Positions 49,568-61,139 of a stretch of 64,000 bases of DNA are shown here, piece by piece. The stretch lies in assembly GCA_043228905.1 (NCBI GenBank), contig JBHGNT010000030.1, positions 186,001 through 250,000 on the forward strand, written 5' to 3'. The position numbers were made by a program, and so were the translations under genes. The notes beneath the pieces were generated by a model. It ran no database searches. It saw only the letters and a list, made by a program, of their open reading frames with translations, and had not been told where the DNA came from. This stretch comes from Azolla caroliniana (Eukaryota; Plantae; Polypodiophyta). Positions within the stretch are counted from its first letter, which is position 1; each line of letters begins with the position of its first letter.

Positions 49568-52500
49568 AGAGGGCTGCCAAGGCGTGGGGCCGCGACAGTC
49601 CGGACACCCCGGGAAAACCCCACACCTGTACGATAAAACCGAAGAAACCTTGTACCATAGGTAGGGAATTTTTGTTCTCCGACAGCGGAGCGTGTACGAT
49701 AGTCGGCATCGGCGGCCGAGAGAAGACAAAGGCGGAGGGGAGACTTCGAGCGTGCGGAGTTCTCGGCCCTGACGAGGAAATCAACGGAGCCGTGGAGGCG
49801 GTCTCATTCGACGACACCTTGGGAATGCTGGGAAAGGTAGTCGAAGAAGGCCTTAACGAAGACCGGACGATACCGGTGTGTTCCGAGGAGATGTACGAAG
49901 TCATCGCGGACTTCGGTCGAGGGCTCGGGTCAGTTCGGACGGCCCACGTAAGCACCAAGTACAAGACTGTGGACCGGAAGGTAAGGCCAGTCGCGGCACC
50001 CTTACCGGAGGACAGCGCGTCGAGAATCAAAGGGGTTGCATCGGACCCTAGTCTACGAGATCCGGCCTGCATAGGGCACACCTTCACCGACGAGACGCTC
50101 CGAGAGCTCAAAATCGGTGGGGGCGGGTTCCTACTGCCGGCGGAGGAAGACCGGTTTCGGAGAATGCTCGGAAGGCACGGGAAAGCCTTCGCATTCTCAC
50201 CGGAAGAAATCGGGTGCGTAGACCCGACGATCGTGGAGCCGATGGTGATATTCACGGTACCGCATGTACCATGGAATCTCAAGCCAATCCCGGTTCCGAG
50301 AGCTCACATCCCGAAGTTGATGGAGCTGCTGAGACAGAAAGTTGATATGGGAATTCTCGAGCCGTCGAGCGCCCCATACTCGAATCGATGGTTTACCGTA
50401 CCGAAGAAAAACGGTTCGCTGCGCTTCATCCAGGACCTGCAGCCGGTCAATCGAGTGACCATTCGGAACGCAGGGATCGGACCGACCATAGACGAGTTCG
50501 CGGAGGCCTTCGCCGGAAGGTCAATTTACTCGGTCGGGGATCTATACTCGGGGTACGATCAGTTCCAGCTAGCCGTAGAGAGCAGAGACATTACGACGAT
50601 GCGAACTCCCCTCGGCCTAGTTCGGATGTGTACACTGCCGCAAGGAGGGACCAACTCGGTGGCCCACATGGTGAATGCGATGAACAAGGTTCTGAGGGAC
50701 TGCATCCCGGACATCACCATGCCATTTCTGGACGACATCCCGATCAAGGGATGCCCGGTGGAAGAAAAGGACGAGACGATCGGGCCGGACGGATGCCGGC
50801 GATTCGTGGCGACGCACATCGACGACTGCGAGAAGGTACTGCAAAGGCTAGAGGATGCGAGACTCACCTTCTCCGGGGAGAAGTCGGCCTTCGGGCAGTC
50901 AGAAATCATGGTGGTCGGACACCTGTGCGGACCATATGGCCGGAAACCGTCTCCGGCAAAGGTAGAAGCCATCTCCGCGATGAAGCCCGACTGCAGCTCG
51001 GTCACGGAAGTACGGAGATTCCTGGGGGCATGCGCGTTCTATCACATATGGATCCCGCATTACGCACACGTCGCGGAGCCACTGTACGGGTTGCTGAAAA
51101 AGGGGCGAAGGTTCGAATGGCTAGACGAGCACGCGGAATCGGTCCGGAAGCTGAAAGAGGCCCTTGCAGCGGCACCGGCACTCCGGAAGGCGGTATACGG
51201 GAAGGGTACCCCGGTATTCATAACGGTGGATACCAGTCCGACCGGGATCGGATGGGTCGTGAACCAGGAAGACGAGGACGGCAATCGGTTTCCGATCCGA
51301 TTCGGCGCGAAAGTCCTCAGTGAACGGCAGCGAGGATACGCCCAGGTTAAACGCGAACTCTGGGGTATTGTTTCGGCGGTTAAGGCCGACAAAGACTACC
51401 TGATAGGGACGGAAGTGATCATCGAGACGGATTGCCTGCCGATTCTCGGTATGGTTTCCGGATGCGCGACTCCGGACCTGGCGATGCTCAGGTGGATAGC
51501 GTACATCAAGTCCCTGGACCCGGAAATACGACACATTTCCGGGAAAGACAACGCCATGGCCGACATGCTTTCGAGGGCGAGGTTCGACGACGAGGGCGGC
51601 ATGGTTTCGGAAGACGAAGAAGTCGGCGTGGATTTCTTCGAGGTGGCATACATAACGACCGACGGGATGAGCACTCCGGCGCTTAACGAGTTCGACGCGA
51701 GCAAGTACGACGGGGAGTGGCTGCAGATCGGCGGGTTTTTGAAGACAATGACGCCCGATGCGTCATGGACGAAGGACGAGGCCAACCGGATCCGGAAGAA
51801 AGCATATCGATTCCTTCTCCGAGATGGGCATTTGTGGAAGCACCCGAAGAAGAGGAACGGCGTCCCGCTCCGGGTGGTGGCGATGAAGGAAGAACAGGAG
51901 GAGCTACTGGCGGCCTACCACGACAGCCCTTGGGCTGGACACCGTGGAACGTGGGCGACGTTTGAGAAGCTGAAGGGGAAGTACTGGTGGCCGGGATTGT
52001 ACCGGGACGTGCATCGGTTCGTGTCAACTTGCGAGAGTTGTCAGATGCACTCGATAGTCCGACACCGGGACGGGCTTCACCCTACGTACCCTCCGACTAT
52101 CCACTTCAAATGGATGGTAGATCTGGTGACGATGCCGATGGGGGTAGGACAGATGCGGTATCTGGTCCTAGCGCGGGAAGACCTGACGAACCAGGTGGAA
52201 GGCCGAGCCCTTCAGAACAAGACGACCGCGGCCGTGTGTCGGTTCCTAGTCGAGGACGTGATATGCCGGTACGGGTGCGTCGGGAAGATCGTGGCTGACC
52301 GAGGGGAGTTGGACGCCGAAGAGGCCGCGGAGCTGTTCGACCGGCTTGGAGTCAAGCTCTCGCTCACCACTGCGTACAATCCGGAGGCGAATGGCAAGGT
52401 GGAGCGCGGACACGGACCGATCGTCAAGGCGTTGATTCGGGCATGCGGAGGCCGAGTCGGTAACTGGCCGCGGTTGCTACCTTATGCTTTGTGGGCAGAC

Positions 52501-53055
52501 CGGACCACGCACAGTTCGGTAACCGGGTACATGCCGACGGAGCTCATGTTCGGCCAGAAGCCGATCATGCCGATTGAACGGACGATCTCCTCGTGGGCAA
52601 CGGTCGACTGGAGGGACGAGATGAGCCGGGAGGAGTTGTTGGCCGCACGTATACGACAGCTCGAGCGGAGACCGGAGGACGTGGCACTGGCTACGGAGAA
52701 GCTCAGGGTGGCGAGGACAAAGAACAAAGCCCGGTTCGACCGAACGCACCGGCTACGACCGAAGAAAATCGACGAAGGTGACTGGGTGCTCGTCTACGAC
52801 AGCAGCCTCGACAACCAGCACCGAGCAACGCGGAAGTTCGCACGGAGATGGTTCGGGCCGTACACGGTACAGAGCGCCAACGACAACGGGACGTATCATC
52901 TGGCGGAACTCGACGGAACGAGAATAGCGATACCCGTGGCCGGGAAGAGGATCAAAGCTTTCAAGAAGCGGCACGACGACGAACCTGACCCGATTCTCCT
53001 GGATAGCAGCGACGACCGATCCGAGGCCGAGGAAGGGCCGGCAGGCGAAGAGTAA
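49564..53055 (+). CDS. Pol (RT-RH-IN) of A2, -1 frame
   Basis: Matches A1 pol except one A>V change (FFEAAY vs FFEVAY). Same slippery site at 49558-49564. Confidence 0.95.
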   Translation, partial: LERAAKAWGRDSPDTPGKPHTCTIKPKKPCTIGREFLFSDSGACTIVGIGGREKTKAEGRLRACGVLGPDEEINGAVEAVSFDDTLGMLGKVVEEGLNEDRTIPVCSEEMYEVIADFGRGLGSVRTAHVSTKYKTVDRKVRPVAAPLPEDSASRIKGVASDPSLRDPACIGHTFTDETLRELKIGGGGFLLPAEEDRFRRMLGRHGKAFAFSPEEIGCVDPTIVEPMVIFTVPHVPWNLKPIPVPRAHIPKLMELLRQKVDMGILEPSSAPYSNRWFTVPKKNGSLRFIQDLQPVNRVTIRNAGIGPTIDEFAEAFAGRSIYSVGDLYSGYDQFQLAVESRDITTMRTPLGLVRMCTLPQGGTNSVAHMVNAMNKVLRDCIPDITMPFLDDIPIKGCPVEEKDETIGPDGCRRFVATHIDDCEKVLQRLEDARLTFSGEKSAFGQSEIMVVGHLCGPYGRKPSPAKVEAISAMKPDCSSVTEVRRFLGACAFYHIWIPHYAHVAEPLYGLLKKGRRFEWLDEHAESVRKLKEALAAAPALRKAVYGKGTPVFITVDTSPTGIGWVVNQEDEDGNRFPIRFGAKVLSERQRGYAQVKRELWGIVSAVKADKDYLIGTEVIIETDCLPILGMVSGCATPDLAMLRWIAYIKSLDPEIRHISGKDNAMADMLSRARFDDEGGMVSEDEEVGVDFFEVAYITTDGMSTPALNEFDASKYDGEWLQIGGFLKTMTPDASWTKDEANRIRKKAYRFLLRDGHLWKHPKKRNGVPLRVVAMKEEQEELLAAYHDSPWAGHRGTWATFEKLKGKYWWPGLYRDVHRFVSTCESCQMHSIVRHRDGLHPTYPPTIHFKWMVDLVTMPMGVGQMRYLVLAREDLTNQVEGRALQNKTTAAVCRFLVEDVICRYGCVGKIVADRGELDAEEAAELFDRLGVKLSLTTAYNPEANGKVERGHGPIVKALIRACGGRVGNWPRLLPYALWADRTTHSSVTGYMPTELMFGQKPIMPIERTISSWATVDWRDEMSREELLAARIRQLERRPEDVALATEKLRVARTKNKARFDRTHRLRPKKIDEGDWVLVYDSSLDNQHRATRKFARRWFGPYTVQSANDNGTYHLAELDGTRIAIPVAGKRIKAFKKRHDDEPDPILLDSSDDRSEAEEGPAGEE

Positions 53056-56000
53056 AGGCGGGCCGGTTTTCTCCGTGCCAACTCAATTTGGCGCATGCCG
53101 GCGGATGCGCGGTTAGGTGGGGGCGGATGTCGTGAAGAAAACCGCCCACAAGAGGAATCGGAGGAACAAGGCGTGGGAAACGGCTCTACACACACACGCG
53201 CGCCAAGAAGTACCTAAGGACGAAGTAGGTACATACGAGGATCCTAGGTGGGCAGATTCGGTTGGTATGCAGTTAATGCCAAACGGCCTCTTGACGGGCT
53301 ATAAAAGGAAGAGGAAGAATAGAAGTCGGACATCTCCCGCGGAGAGGACAAAGTGCTGCCGAACCGATTTCGGAGCTTCTCTCTCACTCCTGCTCTCTCT
53401 GTCTTCTGCTCCATCGCGTACCTGTGCAGGTTTCGAGGAGGCTTGCGCTGTTCCGTGGAACGCCCCGAGTGCGTCCTGCAGCACCTCCGACCTGTTTTCC
53501 CTTTCTGTGCGTCGCGACATACAGGGGTCGGCAGCTGTTCGCCGCCCTGTTCGTTTCCGTTAGTATCTATTTTGTGCCCCACCGTGGGTTGTAATACTTT
53601 AGTCTGTTATTTTCTTGCATTCATAAGTACATATCTCTCGTTGTTGCGTCCATCTGCGTCGGCGTTTATTTGTGATCTCTGTTTGTTGGGCCGTGTCCCT
53701 GTGCAATCGTCGGTTCTGCGCAATCGGATCTTCGGTCCTGTGTAATCGGGTCTCTCTCTCTTACTCCTCTCTCTCTTGCTCTTCGGTTCGAGACCCCCGT
53801 GGTCCCTCCTCCTTTCTACACGCAAGGGCGTAAAAAACCCCGACAACGTGATATGCCGGTACGGGTGCGTCGGGAAGATCGTGGCTGACCGAGGGGAGTT
53901 GGACGCCGAAGAAGCCGCGGAGCTGTTCGACCGGCTGGGAGTCAAGCTCTCGCTCACCACTGCGTACAATCCGGAGGCGAATGGAAAGGTGGAGCGCGGA
54001 CACGGACCGATCGTCAAGGCGTTGGTCCGGGCATGCGGAGGCCGAGTCGGTGACTGGCCGCGGCTGCTACCTTATGCTCTGTGGGCAGACCGGACCACGC
54101 ACAGTTCGGTAACCGGGTACATGCCGACGGAGCTCATGTTCGGCCAGAAGCCGATCATGCCGATGGAACGGACTATCTCCTCGTGGGCAACGGTCGACTG
54201 GAGGGACGAGATGAGCCGGGAGGAGTTGTTGGCCGCGCGCATACGACAGCTCGAGCGGAGACCGGAGGACGTGGAACTGGCTGCGGAGAAGCTCCGGGTG
54301 GCGAGGAAAAGGAACAAAGCCAGGTTCGACCGAACGCACCGGCTCTGACCGAAGAAAATCGAAGAAGGTGACTGGGTGCTCGTCTACGACAGCAGCCTCG
54401 ACAACCAGCACCGAGCGACACGGAAGTTCGCACGAAGGTGGTTCGGGCCTTACGTGGTACGGAGCGCCAATGGCAACGGGACATATCACCTGGCGGAACT
54501 CGACGGCACGAGAATGGCGATACCGGTTGCAGGGAAGCGGGTCAAAGCGTTCAAAAAGCGACACGACGACGAGCCAGACCCGGTTCTCCTGGTCGGCGGT
54601 GACGAACGATCCGAAAACGAGGAAGATCCGACGGGCGAGGAATGAAGACGGGCCGGTTTTCTCCGTCCCAACTCTCTTGGCGCATACCGGAGGATGCGCG
54701 GTTAGGTGGGGGCGGATGTCGTGAAGAAAACCGTCCATAGGCGGAATCGGCGCACCAAGGCGTGGGAACCGGTTCTTCACGCGCGCGCGCTCCAAGTTGT
54801 ACATAGAAGCGAATTAGGAGGATAATCGGCAGGTACGGGCCCTAACTCAAGTGGAGACAAAGACCGCGCGAACAGTCTTTTCGGTCGCGCGCGCGAACTG
54901 CACGAGTCGGCGGCGTAACTACGCGGAAGCGTGAAAAACGGAGCGGATCCCTGTCCAAAAGGGACAGGGAATAAAGCTGACACGACGGCCTGCTCGTCGG
55001 CTATATAAGGAGCGGGGAAGAGCTGTTGCAGGGATCTCGCGGGGAGAGGACGAAGTGCTGTCGGACCGTTTCTGGACGCTTCTCTCTCTGTTTCCTTCCT
55101 TCTTGAGCTCCATAGCTTTCTGTGCAGGGTTCCGAGGAGGCTCGTGCTGTTTCGAGGAACGCCCGAGTGCTTCCGGCAGCACCTCCGACCTGCTTTCCCC
55201 CTCCACCCTTTTTGTGCGTCGAAGCGAACAAGCATCGACATCTGTTCGCCGGCTTGTTCGGTTGTAACCAACCTGAGCCCCATCGAGGGTTGTAGTCGTG
55301 TTAGCCATTTTTGTTAATATACATATTTAGTCGTTCGCATCTGTCTGTGTCGGTGTCTGTTCGCGTTCTCCGTGCTGAAGGGCCGTGTCCCTGTGTATCT
55401 CCGGTCCTGCGTAGCCGGTTCTCTCTCTTTCTCCTCCCTCGCTTGCTCTTTGGTTCGAGACCCCCGCGGTCCCGCCTCATCTCCACACGCACTTGCGAAA
55501 CATCTCGACAACGGGTATGCGTGGATTACCGAAAATTAAACGCTGTAACCATTATGGACTCATTCCCTTTACCCTTCACCGATAGCGTATTGGACGCCGT
55601 CGTAGGACATGAGATGTACAATTTTTTAGATGGCTTTAGTGGGTATAACCAGGTACGCATGCATCCCGAGGACCAAGAAAAGACGGCATTTGTCATAGAC
55701 TGGGGAGTCTATGTGGCAGTCGTCATGATGTTCGGGCTAAAGACGGCGCTGGCAACATTTCAACGGACAATTACAGAGATATTTGGGGAATACATTTCGG
55801 CGTTCATGCAAGTGTTTTTAGATGACTTTGCGGTATATGGGAGAACAATAGACCATTTTACGCACCTGCAATTGTGCCTGGAACGTTGCCGCATCGCACG
55901 CTTAAGCCTGAATCCCGCGAAATGTGCTTTTGGCGTGACTAGCGAGACTCTCCTGGGCCATATAGTCAGCAAGGAGGGAATAGCGGTCGATCTGAACAAG

Positions 56001-58183
56001 ATCTTTGCAATTATGCAAGCCAAAACTCCGACAAACGCGAAATCACTCGGCCGGTTTTTAGGACAAATACGGTGGCATAGTCGGATGATACGATATTTGG
56101 CGGACTTCGCCACGTAGTTACATGCTGCCGTACATTGAACTCCCTTCCAATGGACCGCAACGGAGGACAAGGCCTATGAGGCACTTAAGATAATGCTCAC
56201 ACAGGCCCCCGTCGTACAACCACCAGCTTGGGCGAAGCCATTCCACGTGTTCGTCGACGCCTTGGACATAGCAATAGGAATTGCACTAATGCAGCTTACC
56301 GAGCCAAACTGGTACCGTCCAGTGTACTACGCTAGTCGCAAATTATCAATAGCAGAGCGTAACTATTCCACAACGGAGCGGGAGATGCTAGGGATGATTT
56401 ATAACATCAATAAATTCCGGCATTATTTACTAGGGAGGAAGTTCACGTTCCACGTGGATCATTTGGCGTTGCTGTATTTGGTGAAGAAACAAGCCCTGAC
56501 GGGGAAATTGGCGCGATGGATGCTGCTGCTTCAGGAATTCGATTTTGTAATCCAGCACCGACCAGGGATGCAACACGCAGTGGCAGATTTTTTGAGCAGA
56601 CTCGAGAATGGAGAAACAGTACAGAAAGATGACGACAATTTTCCGGACGCCGACATCCTACGGGTAGCAGCACTAGCAGAAAGAACAGAATCGACCTTTC
56701 CGGACCGGTGGCTTATGGAAATGACATACTTTTTGACTACGGGACTACCTCCACTATAATTATGCACGGACGAGAAGAAACGACTAGCCGTCCGAAGCCG
56801 TAACTTCTACCTCGTAGAAGGAGTTTTATATCACAAAGGAAGTGATGGCATTTGACGACTTGGGGTACGTCACAATGAGAAAGAAGCAGTTTTACGGGAA
56901 GCGCACTGCGGCACGGCAGGCGGCCATTACGTGGGCGACGTTACAGCCCAGAAAATATGGCAGGCAGGCTTATGGTGGCCAACAACGCAGAAGGACGCAT
57001 CCGAGTATTGTAGAAAGTATGATTTGTGCCAACAGATGGGCCAGCCCACAGAAGGCGCAAGGATGCCACACCAACCCGTATTACCGTTAGACCCCTTCCA
57101 AATGTGAGGATTGGATTTTGTGGGCCCCTTCACACCGGCGGCAGCCCATACGGGCAGTAAATACATATTGGTAGCTACGGATTATTGCACCAAGTGGGTA
57201 GAAGCAAAGGCACTACGAGAAAATACGGCGGCCGTCACAACCAGATTCCTTTACGAGCACATCTGGTGCCGGTTCGGTTGTCCGATTGAGCTCATCAGTG
57301 ACCAGGGGAGTCACTTTCTCAATACGGTGGTTCGGGAACTAACACATCATTACGCCGTAGTCCATAAGAAGAGTACGCCATATTATCCACAGGCGAATGG
57401 GTTAGCGAAATCCACCAACAAGACGTTGCAGACTATCTTGAAGAAAATCGTCAATGAAAATAGAACGGATTGGGATACCAAATTACAGAGTGCGTTATGG
57501 GCGTACAGAACCAGCTACAAAACAAGCATATAGTTAACACCTTTTTGACTAGCGTTTGGGCTGGAGGCTGTGATGCCGGTCGAATTTCAGGTACCCAGTT
57601 TGCGGATTCAAGTACAGGACCGACTTTCAGAAGCCAAATCGGAGGAGGTACGGCTCCACCAGCTACTCGAACTCGGGGAACAATGCGTACACAACATGGC
57701 TGTGTTGGAGCAGGAACAACGACGGCGTAAAGCATTTGTGGATCGACATCGGAACGCAAGGAAAAAGGAGTTCGCCGTCGGTCGAGCGGTGCTGGTTTAC
57801 CAAACCCGCATGGGCCATATGCCAGGGAAGTTACGATTCCGCTGGACCGGCCCATACTGGATAATTGGAGCGGAACAAGGCATGTTCCAACTAGGTACGC
57901 TGGCCGGGGAAGTAGTATGGCAAAAGGTGAATGGGGTTTGCCTTAAACCTTACCTGGGCTGTACGCCACCTAACCCATTCACTGCAAAACAGGATAGAGC
58001 CGGAGAACCCGCGGCGTAAATGGACGGCCCCACTTGTACCATAATGCAAAAATAGGTTGTATATAACCGTTACGAAAAAAAAGATAAAAAGATAAAAAGA
58101 TAAAAAGAGAGAGAAGATAACGACACTATTAAAAGGACTAAATGCATGCACAGACTCCTAGTTCAAGAACACGCGGCACCACG

Positions 58184-60500
58184 ATGGCTCATCGCCCAAT
58201 GAACCCTAAGCCACAAAAAGAAGGAAATAGAAGATCTTCTGCACAAAACAGAAACCCACCTTCTAACTATCAGCGCTCCCATCGCTCCTCCCCCTCACCT
58301 TCTCCTCCATCCTATCACAGAGCTCCAACCCATCGCAACCACCAGTCTCCTTCCCACGAACCTACTCTGGCGATGCCGATCTTCATCTCTATTGCCTTAC
58401 GCCGATGGCTCGTGGAGAAACGCCTGGATGAGTACATCCGGGTCGCAGAGTCACCCCCACACCCGGATGCCATGGACATCGCAAAGAAGCTTAACATCGA
58501 CACGATCACCAACTCTTCCATCCGGAAAAAGTTGGACCTGTCATCTTTAGGCGAAAGGCATTTCGAAATCCCTCCTGCAGAGGCACTGTAACGATATTTC
58601 GGGCCCTATTCCTCCTCCACCAAGGCCTATAGAACGAAGCAGATCCCGGATCCCTTCTTCCGTGAAGTTGCCAAGTTCTTGTTAGAGGTCGGCTGCGTAC
58701 ATGTGAACGCATATGGGATGCCCAAACAGAAGGCGGGCATCATTATCGATACCTTTGAAGGGTGTGCGGTCGATTGGGGGGTCATCATAGGGCCAACGTT
58801 AAGGGAAGGCCTGCATGCATATCAGGCAGGAAAAAAGCTCAGGTCGATCATACAACAGTACCTTACGGTACTATTCCCACCCCGAGGCTTGTCAGCACCA
58901 TAGCCCAGTCGACCCACGCCCCCACCCCGATCCGCGAAGCGCAGGTTAGCGGAGTTAGCGGCCCCAAAGTGGGAAGAGGAACCCCAACCCGCCCAACTAG
59001 ACACGCAGACAACACCTCCCGCCCAGCTAGACACACAGATAACGCAGGAGGAACGACCGACACGTTCCGTGGAAGCAGCCCCAGACCAAAACGACGTAGA
59101 TTGGACAGGAAAGATGGGCGTGGATTGGTCAAAGACGTCCCCACGGTGGTAGAGACAATGACCGAAGGCGATGGCTCCACAGCTACGGAGCCCAATACCA
59201 CCTTCGAATTCATCCGGGAGCCACGACCGATCATTACAACCCAGTCCCAACGAGGGAAAGCCGTATTGATGGCGGAAAGAGAGGTTTTGGCATATCCAGA
59301 TATCCCGGATACGGCCCATGAGTTCAGCGCCCTCTTACAGTTCGGAACCTCTTTTGAGCTCATGGAATTCCTAGCAACACAACAGATAAAAGCCTCCCAA
59401 TGAATGGCTGAGGAGCATGCGGAGCGCCAGATGATCGAGCGCGCCCTAACACAAATGGCGAAGAGCGACGATGAGGACCGGCTAGCCAGGCTCGGCAGAC
59501 AGAGGAACGCCGAGTGGGGATGGAGCTACCCCCACTAAACACGGCCCTAGTCGAAGTCCATAGGGAACTAGCAAAGGTCAGCACGAGCGCCAAGGAGATG
59601 GCCATTAAAAATAAGAATGTCTGGAAGAAGGTGAAAATGACCCAAGCCGAGCTGCAAAAAGCCAACGAACGCATCGCGGAGTTGGAAGCTAACGCGACGA
59701 CGGTGCAACACGCAACTCCGCCACCAAACCACACCATCGACGCTTTGAAGGAAGAAATTGAGGCTCAGACCGCCATCGCCTCAAAAGTGAAAAGGGTCAT
59801 GCAACTAGCGGAATCAGAAATTGACCGCCTTCGAGCTGAACTGCGCCAATCCTCAGACAGAGAAAAGGAGATCCGGGCTAACGGCCGGAAGGCAGTAAAA
59901 TCCCTTGAAGAGAAACTGGCTACAGAGGTAGCTCAGCACATCCGTACAAAAGACGAAAACACCCAATTACGGGATGAAGCGAAGAAATCGGAGGCGGCAA
60001 TCGCGGGACTACGGGCCTTATTAGAGAAAAAGAAGGTATGGTTCGACGAGCAGCTGGTGGTCGAATAGGAAAGAAGGCATCAGCTCAAAATCCGCCTAAA
60101 CAATGAAATGGGGAAATTAGAAGAACACGCAAAGGAATCCCAGCTGTGGGCAGGCTTGAAGACCACATACGAAGAAGCGGCAACGGTTAGGCAACAAGAA
60201 ATTGCAAACCTCGAGAAGGCGATGGAGGACGCACACAACCGTTGCTAGGCCATCACAGACAACGTGCGTATCCTTCTCGAAACAAATCAAGAGAGGTTCA
60301 CAACGCAATTGAAAATGGCGTAGGACAAAGGATGGATGGCGTGGGCAACCCAAGCAACGGAATTGCACGTGTATCATGCGGAATGGGAGAACCGGCGAAA
60401 AGACGGCCGAGGTTTCTATAAACTAAATGAGGAGAGCATTGCGGCCGTACGCGAGGACCTAGCGCAAGACTATCGTGCTGAAGCCGATCCTCAAAGAACT
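58184..60500 (+). pseudogene. Extra 3' ORF of Gypsy E (Pro/Thr-rich linker plus long coiled coil), disrupted
   Basis: Collinear ORF fragments after the integrase stop (WLVEKRLDEYI..., AVDWGVII..., ELQKANERIAELEA..., EIDRLRAELRQ...), interrupted by stops and frameshifts. Confidence 0.55.
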
Positions 60501-60770
60501 GATGTTGATGGTCCGAAACCATCCTGTGCTGTGTGTCTGACTTGAACCGGACCGATTTTTCGTTACGCCCATCTGGTGCCGTAGGGACCGGAAACGATCC
60601 GCCGAAAGACGCTTGGTCATTCCATCGGCGACATTATTGGTTGTGGATATCTTCTCTAGACCCATTTTCCTTGAAATGACGCAGTCCTGAATGAAGTGAT
60701 ATCGAACGTCGATATGCTTGGAGTTGTTGTGGTGAACCGAATTCTTTGACAAAGCAACAACACCCTGACT
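60500..60770 (-). mobile_element. C-terminal RNase H fragment of a minus-strand Copia element (G)
   Basis: SQGVVALSKNSVHHNNSKHIDVRYHFIQD...NVADGMTK is the canonical Copia RNase H tail. Confidence 0.85.
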
Positions 60771-61107
60771 ATTAGAGACATGTACTAAAGTAAGCATTAG
60801 ATAAGGATAGATCTAGGTAGATAGAAATAAAGGAGAGAGAGAAAGAAGGGTGCCGATCCACCCGACCACCCCCGAGCGAAGGGATCGAGACGGATTCAAG
60901 CCTCGATCGGCGTCCCATGTCGAATACAAGTGTATAATGGACGTATTCACACTATCCCTTTGTATAGCTCAAGTTTGGGCCATTTGTGTAATTAGCATAA
61001 ATGGTAGTTGCCCTAAGTTTGTCACTATATAAAGTGACCTAGTAACCTTTTTGTAAGGTTGGTTGTATTATTGTTTCTATTGAATAGAAAGAGTCCTTCT
61101 GTGCCTC

Positions 61108-61139
<32 letters not shown>

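Larger units (their letters stand above)
46680..53845 (+). mobile_element. Full-length intact Gypsy A2, nearly identical to A1, inserted in the integrase of B
   Basis: 718-bp LTRs 46680-47397 and 53128-53845, one difference seen. TSD ACGT. B integrase resumes in register (EDV|ICRYG). Confidence 0.98.
41033..55510 (+). mobile_element. Full-length Gypsy element B (sister subfamily of A), interrupted by A2
   Basis: 794-bp LTRs 41033-41826 and 54717-55510, two differences seen. TSD ACGG. Same tRNA-Trp PBS, PPT and gag-PR/-1 pol layout as A. Premature stops at 42536, 44338, 45316 and 54346. Confidence 0.97.
37679..60500 (+). mobile_element. Older degenerate non-chromovirus Gypsy element E, interrupted by B; 3' LTR not found
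   Basis: 5' LTR 37679-38124 (TGTTAC...GTAACA) and PBS TGGCACGC (tRNA-Arg-like). Gag with CCHC motifs and protease VIDCGSGINV. RT is split at GKIR|VCVDYRKLN by B and includes FLDGFSGYNQ and VFLDD. RNase H and integrase (DFVGPF, SDQGSHF, QANG, GPY) run to 58019. Many stops. Confidence 0.9.

Noticed and set aside
46680-53845. A2 as an assembly duplication of A1
   Set aside because: It has a different TSD and flanks, LTR-pair-specific variants (A6 vs A5 run, CTCTCTCACT vs CTCTTTCACT) and a divergent RT patch, all of which indicate an independent insertion.
28449-55511. Numerous overlapping antisense and alternate-frame ORFs in elements A1, A2 and B, including LTR ORFs
   Set aside because: Expected in GC-rich sequence with few stop codons. 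They have no domains, and most are not conserved between A and B.
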